Of a stretch of DNA of 64,000 nt, positions 57,197-64,000 are shown in pieces. How positions within the stretch are numbered: position 1 is the first letter of the stretch; each line of letters starts with the position of its first letter. Location: contig OX337239.1 of assembly GCA_946965045.2 (NCBI GenBank), positions 1-64,000 of the forward strand, given 5' to 3'. Under the pieces are notes generated by a model. That model was given only the letters and a program-made list of their open reading frames with translations. It did no database searches and was not told the DNA's origin. Origin of the DNA: Epithemia pelagica. Its lineage: Eukaryota > Protista > Bacillariophyta. Position numbers and translations under genes: made by a program.

Positions 57197-57359
57197 TGCT
57201 AAAAGTTCGCTATCAGAAAGATTATACGTTCATTATCGATAAAGCTACCTTGGTTTACAGGTGGGAGTCGTACACAGCTCTCACCGAATTCGGCCACATA
57301 GCCGTGGTAGCTCAGACACATTTGTCGTTCATTGCCAAATATAGGCCACAATTTCAACA
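57197..57359 (-). repeat. 3' LTR (163 bp); PPT GATTTGAGAGGAG at 57360-57372
   Basis: Identical by eye to 63664-63826. Confidence 0.95.
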
Positions 57360-57500
57360 CTCCTCTCAAATCAACCTTGCACCATTGCAATGTTGGTTTG
57401 CAACTCTTGTGGCTTGTCGTTCGTCCTAGGTGGTTCACGTCATGCTACATCCACCTCCATTCACCCAAGTGGTTCCACTCCTTTGTACTCCACTTAACAC

Positions 57501-60500
57501 TCACTCTGTACCGAAGATGTGATGGAGCAAATTTCGAACGAAACCTCGTCTCTTCTCCCCATTAGGCAGAACTTTCGTCAATAGGTCTGCTTCGTTTGCA
57601 TGGGTGTTGATGTAGGTTGTTCTCCATTCGTCCCTTGCCACACCTTCTCGTACAAAGTGGTATGCGATGGACTGACTCTTCTTCTTGAGAGCCGAGTCCG
57701 GTATTATTGTGTTCGCCAACACTGATTGATTGTCCCCGTAGATGAGACTTGGGCCATCGCACGGGATGCCCATCATTCTTAGCTTGTACCGTAACCCCCG
57801 TAGATACTCACAGCATTGCTTCATAGCTATGAATTCTGATCCGAAAGATGATGACTCGATCGATGTTTGCTTCTTACTCCACCAATATGTGAGGGCGGAA
57901 TTTAGATACACGAGAAACCCTGTTCGTGATCGTCGTGATACGGTATCTGAGGCATGGTCTGCGTCGACCTTTGCCCGAATTGTGAAGCCCATTTCACGAG
58001 GCTCCGGCATATTGGGTGGAAGTTCTTCCTTTCCGTCGATATGACCAAACTCAGAGGCAGTCCAATCTCTCCTCTCAAAATCCGCCACGTTGATGACGGG
58101 ATCACTTGGGTCATAGACAAGTTCTGCATTGTGGTATTTCCTGAGGTATGAGAAGACCTGCAGGACTTGTTGCATATGCCCTTCCCTCGGTAGGGCAAGG
58201 TGGGACGACAGTATGGACACCTCAAGGCAGATGTCCACTCTGCCCAATTCGACAATCCACCGTAATACTCCAATCAGGGACTGGTAATATGATGCGTCTC
58301 CTGGTGAAAGTTCAGCCGAGACATCCAACTCAGCCCGATAGTTTGACTTCATTGGCGTATCAGCTTTACTTGGCAGGGACCATCTCTTGTTCTCATCCTT
58401 TGCCAAGTAGTCCTCGACATTCTTCACAGCGGCCTGGACATACTGTGAGGAACTGAAGGCCCACGCTTCTGCTCCATTCTCGAGTACGACCTTGCGGACT
58501 CTTCCACCAAGGTATAAGCTGGGAGGGCCCACTGACTCCTCCTTAAGCTCAAAGTATCGACCGATCTCCTCTCGTAGAATTTTCTCGGCGTTTTCTCCAA
58601 TTGCCAGGGCATCATCTACATAGAGCAATACATACTCGTAGTAGGTCGTCCCATCTGACTTCTCAGCGGGTCGCATCCACACATCAGGATCTGCCGGGCA
58701 AGACTTAAAGCCGAGATGGCTCATGCAAGATCGGAGGTGATTTCGGAAGTCTTTTCCGGCCGTCTTTCCTCCATAAAGAGCACGATGCACGAGTGCAATC
58801 TTTCCCACATTTTCAATGCCAAACTCAGGACCACATATGATGTAGTCCTTTCTCGACGACGGTGCCTGAAGGTAGGCGTTCCGAATGTCGGCGGCAAAGA
58901 CATCGAGTCCATTCAGGGCAGCGTACGTGAAAGCGATACGCACACTCTCCCTGGACACCACACCGGCGAACGTCGATCCCTCTGGATCCGGTGTTTTATG
59001 GCCGTCAAGAACCCACCTGGCCTTCCTGGTGAAGTCCATTTTGACGTCCCACACTAGATGTCCAGTAACCAGATGCCAACCATAGGGCGCCTTTTCCCCT
59101 TCTGCTAGGATTTCAAAGGCTACTCCAACGTTGAACATCTCCTTCGCTAAGGCCTTCATCCAATAATCATTTCCGTTTTTCTTGTCCAATTCCTTTGCGT
59201 GCTCCACACTTGTAGGTATCTCTATACCATACTTGTGCTTTATTTGTCGTGCACGCGTTTTCAGCGCCGATATGATGGCGTCCCTCCGCCTCAACGTCGA
59301 CTTGGCCCACCATTGGAAAGCAGGTTCATCGTCCAAGCCTCGTGCAACAGCAAATTCAGCTGTTTCAATCGGGTACGACTCTTTCATGTCCGCCAATCGT
59401 TGCCAAGATTCTGATCCGTCCTTCCACTTGACAAGCAGCCACCATCCACGCGTCGTCTTCCTCGCCCTTCGTCTACCATGCCTGTCATAGACATATTTGT
59501 CGCGTTTGGGTACGGCCAGGGATTCATCTTTCTTCCATTCCACTATCCCTTCCATCAGTCGTAGATGGTTGCCGTCCGTGTCCACCTCGGCCAACATGCT
59601 CTCCGCTATGATGTTTGCAGCATATTCCTTGACTTGGCCGTCCGTGAATTCGACTTCGTAGAGGATTGAATTGCTGTATGGATCGTCATGGTACTTCCCA
59701 GACGTTTTCCCATCAGCCCCCAGGGCTCTTCTCTTGACTACCCCCTTACTCATCTCATCGCCAATTTGCATTTGCACTTCGGCATTGATCATCCTGTCAT
59801 AGGCCGGGCATTGATTCAGAAGTCTCCCAACGTTGTCGACCGTGTCTTCTATGTCCGGTTTCGTATATTGGGGTTGTTCGTCGTCCTCATACGGATCATA
59901 AAATTTTTCGTCGTCGTTGGAGATAGGTGGTGGTGGTTGTATGGAGGTGCCATGCCTCCTCTCAATCAATGCGTCGAAGGCCGAACGCTTTGATTGCTCA
60001 CTGGCACTGTGGATTTCGGATTCCTGTAGTGGTCGGGTGGACCGTCGTGGTACCACATTTCCATTGGCTTTTAGGACCCATTGGGCCATCTCGTTCCCTT
60101 CACCTTTAGCTGGGCCAAGGATACGACCTAGAACCTCTTGGTTGTGGGGAAACTTGGCCGTGTGCTCTCGAAAGTAGCACCATTCATACCACTTGTACTG
60201 GCCAAGACTGGAAATATTGCCCTCAATTCCCAGCGTTGCAGTATATGGGTTCGTTCCGCGGACGGTGATATAATCTCGAGCCGTCAGGTTATAGATTCGA
60301 ACTCGCCGCTCAAGGCAATAGTCCCAAAACGGAAGTGGGGAGTTCGCTTCGCGCATATCCTTGCGAACCGCTTCCTTCATGAGTTTGATGTACAACTCAG
60401 CTTTGTTGGCCCAGGGTGTACCTTCTTCTAACGCACGTAGGGTCGTCCCAATCTCGTTGAGGAATATCTTCATGTCCGAACTCGTCTGTTCCTTGGACAT

Positions 60501-62000
60501 ATCACAAACCAGTGCATCAGGTGCACCAATTTCTTTGGCAAAGATTTTCACAGCCATCAAAACTTCGGACTTTCTCTTCATTGGTACCACATGCATAAAG
60601 CCTTTGTCAGTGACAAACAGTTGGCAGCATGTGTTACCACGAGACGACTTTCCTCCTTTCTTCGTCGCAAAGAAGGTGTCCATGTAAAAATATTCTTCAA
60701 TCCGTCGATACCGGAGCATCCGGTCGTTGGTTCCATAATTCTGTGACAAGGTCGGATCTTCTGGTCTTTTGCTGCGCTGAGATGTTACAGCCAGAGTCCT
60801 TTTGGCATCGTCGTGGCTTATTCGCCATACCTTGGCAAGATGCTCGGCTCCAATTCCATTTGGCTTACCGGCATTTACACTTGACACAAAGAAGTCATCA
60901 AGATCGACATCGTCCAAGGCATCCAGATCAAGGTCCATCGCATCGCCGTGCTCCTCGTCTTCCACCGAACTGCCGTCATCATTTTCCTCATCTTCCTCGG
61001 TTGCGACAGTAGCACCGATGGATACGAATTCCTTTCCTTGTACCATTCTGTCTTCCAGTTGCAAGGCCATCATTGACTCAACCAACACCGATGATACGGA
61101 CGAAAGGTGACGTCCAACCTCATCATGCGCCTCAATTGATGACGACTTCCTGTTTTCGGCCATGTAATTTTGCCAATGATGACATGCTGCACATGTCCGG
61201 TCAATTACATGGGCCTCCGCTGATGACACGCGATAATCTTCTCCATTCTCTGGATCCGGGATGTCATCGACCACAATCCGCAGCTGGTCCTTTCTCTCCT
61301 TGATGTTACCTTCCCAGTCCAACATACTGGCCTCATTTGCCTCATAGGCATCTGAGTGTGGGTTCCACCGACTTGGTGTCAAAACGTATACGTCATGCCC
61401 AGCAACCAGGTCGTCCTCCGTTGGTCTCACTGATGGGAAGTAAGAGAAGACCCCCCAAAGGCTCAAGGGGATGCGGAAGCCTGTGGCCGGGAAGGTGATG
61501 GCATGGTCATCCACCGTTGGGTCATCAGTGTGGATTTTCGCTCGTTCATTGACTTTTATTCCACTCTCTCTCAGGATGAACGGCGGCACCAGATTATTCT
61601 CCATTGCTTCAACCCAGAGAGCATTCTGAATGACGAGGAGATACGGCTTGCCTGCGTATGGGCAGTCATATCGGACGATGGCATCCACCAATTCTGCCTG
61701 CATCGACTTATATTGGGGTGTGAAAGGGCTGACGTCGACCTTCTTGCCCGACTTGTTGATGATATAGCTGTGTCGTCCGACGACGGGCATATTGGCATGA
61801 CTGTCCAATTCCGTCCGGTGCTCTCCATCCATGTCCTGCATTTCCTCATCATTGTCCAATGATGCAGCGGCAACAACCGCAAAACATCGATTCGGAACAA
61901 CGGACTTTTGACATTGCTGGCAGCACTCATGTTCTTCTCCTGGGTCCCATGGCTTGTTGTTGTCCGGCTGCAATATCCCTCCTCTCAAGGATGAGGACAT
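57501..62000 (-). CDS. pol: Copia Pol polyprotein (protease, integrase, RT, RNase H)
   Basis: ELDSHAN; MDTF..CD..E..E integrase core; RKARWVLDGH, DIRNAYL and YVDD; DADHA..RRSRTG. Confidence 0.96.
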   Translation of the reverse strand: MSSSLRGGILQPDNNKPWDPGEEHECCQQCQKSVVPNRCFAVVAAASLDNDEEMQDMDGEHRTELDSHANMPVVGRHSYIINKSGKKVDVSPFTPQYKSMQAELVDAIVRYDCPYAGKPYLLVIQNALWVEAMENNLVPPFILRESGIKVNERAKIHTDDPTVDDHAITFPATGFRIPLSLWGVFSYFPSVRPTEDDLVAGHDVYVLTPSRWNPHSDAYEANEASMLDWEGNIKERKDQLRIVVDDIPDPENGEDYRVSSAEAHVIDRTCAACHHWQNYMAENRKSSSIEAHDEVGRHLSSVSSVLVESMMALQLEDRMVQGKEFVSIGATVATEEDEENDDGSSVEDEEHGDAMDLDLDALDDVDLDDFFVSSVNAGKPNGIGAEHLAKVWRISHDDAKRTLAVTSQRSKRPEDPTLSQNYGTNDRMLRYRRIEEYFYMDTFFATKKGGKSSRGNTCCQLFVTDKGFMHVVPMKRKSEVLMAVKIFAKEIGAPDALVCDMSKEQTSSDMKIFLNEIGTTLRALEEGTPWANKAELYIKLMKEAVRKDMREANSPLPFWDYCLERRVRIYNLTARDYITVRGTNPYTATLGIEGNISSLGQYKWYEWCYFREHTAKFPHNQEVLGRILGPAKGEGNEMAQWVLKANGNVVPRRSTRPLQESEIHSASEQSKRSAFDALIERRHGTSIQPPPPISNDDEKFYDPYEDDEQPQYTKPDIEDTVDNVGRLLNQCPAYDRMINAEVQMQIGDEMSKGVVKRRALGADGKTSGKYHDDPYSNSILYEVEFTDGQVKEYAANIIAESMLAEVDTDGNHLRLMEGIVEWKKDESLAVPKRDKYVYDRHGRRRARKTTRGWWLLVKWKDGSESWQRLADMKESYPIETAEFAVARGLDDEPAFQWWAKSTLRRRDAIISALKTRARQIKHKYGIEIPTSVEHAKELDKKNGNDYWMKALAKEMFNVGVAFEILAEGEKAPYGWHLVTGHLVWDVKMDFTRKARWVLDGHKTPDPEGSTFAGVVSRESVRIAFTYAALNGLDVFAADIRNAYLQAPSSRKDYIICGPEFGIENVGKIALVHRALYGGKTAGKDFRNHLRSCMSHLGFKSCPADPDVWMRPAEKSDGTTYYEYVLLYVDDALAIGENAEKILREEIGRYFELKEESVGPPSLYLGGRVRKVVLENGAEAWAFSSSQYVQAAVKNVEDYLAKDENKRWSLPSKADTPMKSNYRAELDVSAELSPGDASYYQSLIGVLRWIVELGRVDICLEVSILSSHLALPREGHMQQVLQVFSYLRKYHNAELVYDPSDPVINVADFERRDWTASEFGHIDGKEELPPNMPEPREMGFTIRAKVDADHASDTVSRRSRTGFLVYLNSALTYWWSKKQTSIESSSFGSEFIAMKQCCEYLRGLRYKLRMMGIPCDGPSLIYGDNQSVLANTIIPDSALKKKSQSIAYHFVREGVARDEWRTTYINTHANEADLLTKVLPNGEKRRGFVRNLLHHIFGTE

Positions 62001-63631
62001 GGCCAGACGCCTTCAGGACGAGAATTTCGCCTGCTTGAGGATGGACTGGAGGGTGGATGGTTTCTTGGGGCAGCGGCGGGTGGTACCGGAGGCAAGGCCA
62101 GCTGTTCCTTGACAGCATTTTGAACCATACTAGCAATCTGCGCTTGGAGATCCACCGTTTCTTTTTCTTCCTCGGTTTCATTCTTGGCAAACTTCTTGAG
62201 TTCTTTTGCTACAACCGAGGCCAATTGTCGTTTGACAGACTTGGAGCGCCCTCCTTTCTTGTCATTCGGATTGTTCTTCTTCTTCGAAGGATTGGCCTTA
62301 CGCCATTCACGCAATTCATCTTTCTGCTCATCGGTTAGCTTGTCATACTCACTGGGAGTGTGATACCGAAGGTGGACACCCGTTTTGCCAATGCTTTGTT
62401 TCTTGGCCACGGTAGTTGAACTCGCCTCAGCCATCCCAGGAGTGTCATCGACTTCAATGGATGAGATTTGCGCAGCGTTGCGCTTGTTGTTTGTTGCAGC
62501 TGCCCGTTTCTTTGCAACAGGGTCATACGGCAGTAAGTGGGCAGCAGCCTTTTCAAACCTGTTGCGCATGCCATCAGGGTCGGTGTCAGTCCGAACACTG
62601 GCCATGGCGGCTTGGAGTCCTGCATCGGCACATTGGATTCCATCAAGCAAGTACCCGACACGCGTGTGTTCATTGGGTAACTGGTAAGCAACATGTTCTG
62701 CACATTGTTGCATGGAAACATATGCGTTTCTATGTTGTGCAATAAACCCTTCCAGTGGGAAACTGTTTTGGCCTTTCCAGACACGTGTGTGGAGCAGATC
62801 ATCCTGACGCTTGATCTCGGCCTCCCACTTATCTTGACCCGCATATTGGCTGGTAAGGGCCAACCATGCGCCTCTTCCATCTTTATTACATTGATAAGGT
62901 TTAATAGATGCTGCATACGTCGTCCCTCTAGTTGCTTCCTCCAGGTGGTAGTATACTGATCCATTGTCTTCTCTGTATAATTCGTGATCGTGTGATGCAC
63001 GGGCTACCAATTCCACTTCAATCGATCCGTATTCTGCAGAATGCGGCTTATTAGTGGCTTGTGGAGGAGGAACAACCGGCACATCGACTTCTTGCCGAAT
63101 CACATATGCCAATGGGATAGTCCTGACACCAATGATCCTGTGGAGGTAATCTTGGAACGCTTCGGTCCATTTGATAATTGGTAGTGCCTTGCTGATCTTC
63201 GGGACATCTGGGTCGTCTGAGTCCTTTCGAGCCTTCAACGCCTTCCATTGAACTTCAAAGTTCTTCATCACATGATTCCATCTCATATTAGGTTGGGTTA
63301 GGTCACGACCAACGGTGTTATAGTACCGCACTAGGTCACACGCCACAGTTAGACGATGTTGTGACTTGGCTCCAAATACGAACGGCGGTGTCGGAATTGT
63401 TGCACCAACAGCTGCCCCAGGGTTGGGATCTTGAACTCGTCCACCTGGTTTCCGTAGGTTGTCAGCAACCTGTTGAAGAGTCTCCTTGTCAAAGTCAGCT
63501 AGGTCAGGAATCGTCGCGATTCCTTCAACTTGAAGTTGAGCTACCGTCGGCTGGGGAATGCCCATTTGATCGGCATCTTGAAAGAAAGACGTCGTTTGGG
63601 CTGCAGTTAGTACCATGGTGATGTAGTTCAC
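61985..63631 (-). CDS. gag: Copia Gag-like protein
   Basis: Long ORF between the 5' LTR and pol, in a different frame from pol. Confidence 0.88.
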   Translation of the reverse strand: MNYITMVLTAAQTTSFFQDADQMGIPQPTVAQLQVEGIATIPDLADFDKETLQQVADNLRKPGGRVQDPNPGAAVGATIPTPPFVFGAKSQHRLTVACDLVRYYNTVGRDLTQPNMRWNHVMKNFEVQWKALKARKDSDDPDVPKISKALPIIKWTEAFQDYLHRIIGVRTIPLAYVIRQEVDVPVVPPPQATNKPHSAEYGSIEVELVARASHDHELYREDNGSVYYHLEEATRGTTYAASIKPYQCNKDGRGAWLALTSQYAGQDKWEAEIKRQDDLLHTRVWKGQNSFPLEGFIAQHRNAYVSMQQCAEHVAYQLPNEHTRVGYLLDGIQCADAGLQAAMASVRTDTDPDGMRNRFEKAAAHLLPYDPVAKKRAAATNNKRNAAQISSIEVDDTPGMAEASSTTVAKKQSIGKTGVHLRYHTPSEYDKLTDEQKDELREWRKANPSKKKNNPNDKKGGRSKSVKRQLASVVAKELKKFAKNETEEEKETVDLQAQIASMVQNAVKEQLALPPVPPAAAPRNHPPSSPSSSRRNSRPEGVWPCPHP

Positions 63632-63663
63632 ACGAAAAATCGGAACGAATGGGTCTGATAAAC

Positions 63664-63826
63664 TGCTAAAAGTTCGCTATCAGAAAGATTATACGTTCAT
63701 TATCGATAAAGCTACCTTGGTTTACAGGTGGGAGTCGTACACAGCTCTCACCGAATTCGGCCACATAGCCGTGGTAGCTCAGACACATTTGTCGTTCATT
63801 GCCAAATATAGGCCACAATTTCAACA
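63664..63826 (-). repeat. 5' LTR (163 bp); putative PBS GTTTATCAGACCC just inside
   Basis: Identical by eye to 57197-57359. Confidence 0.95.
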
Positions 63827-64000
63827 CTTTCATCCTGTCCGTCACTCCTAGTCTCACTTCGTGATTCGGGCGATGATTGGAGTCACGAACGCGGATCACC
63901 ACACGACGCATACGCATCAAGGAACGGTCGAACCAAAAGATCCATCCTTCGATCGATCGATGGATAGAGAGAGAGACAGATTGAACGAATACTCTAGATC

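Larger units (their letters stand above)
57197..63826 (-). mobile_element. Full-length Ty1/copia LTR retrotransposon (diatom CoDi-like)
   Basis: Two 163-bp TG..CA LTRs, gag, pol in PR-INT-RT-RH order, PPT, and a flanking CTTT duplication. Confidence 0.97.

Overview
This is the left end of a eukaryotic chromosome, almost certainly from a diatom (TTAGGG telomere, Lhcf/FCP gene, diatom-type Ty1/copia element, RXL-motif cell-wall-type protein). It has three zones. (1) Bases 1-562 are telomere. (2) Bases 563-28730 are a subtelomere built from about 15 stacked, mostly truncated element segments. Each segment ends on its centromere-proximal side in a structured terminus (iterons, often CTACGG-N35/36) followed by (C)CTTAG(GG), always on the + strand, and is fused to a mid-sequence break in the next segment. 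Four divergent families of one protein are encoded here: Zn fingers, a tyrosine-recombinase-like catalytic domain, a RecQ-type SF2 helicase and Zn knuckles. A 12.7-kb block with a Plavaka-like transposase and orphan genes lies inside this zone. The best candidate novel system is a family of single-ended, telomere-carrying tyrosine-recombinase/RecQ elements that repeatedly replace the chromosome tip. (3) Bases 28731-64000 are ordinary gene-rich sequence: a CRTISO-like gene head-to-head with Lhcf, secreted and cell-surface proteins, cytochrome b5, a tandemly duplicated FYVE-ankyrin-RING gene, HINT, and a full-length copia element with identical LTRs. All domain calls come from reading motifs by eye; no searches were run.
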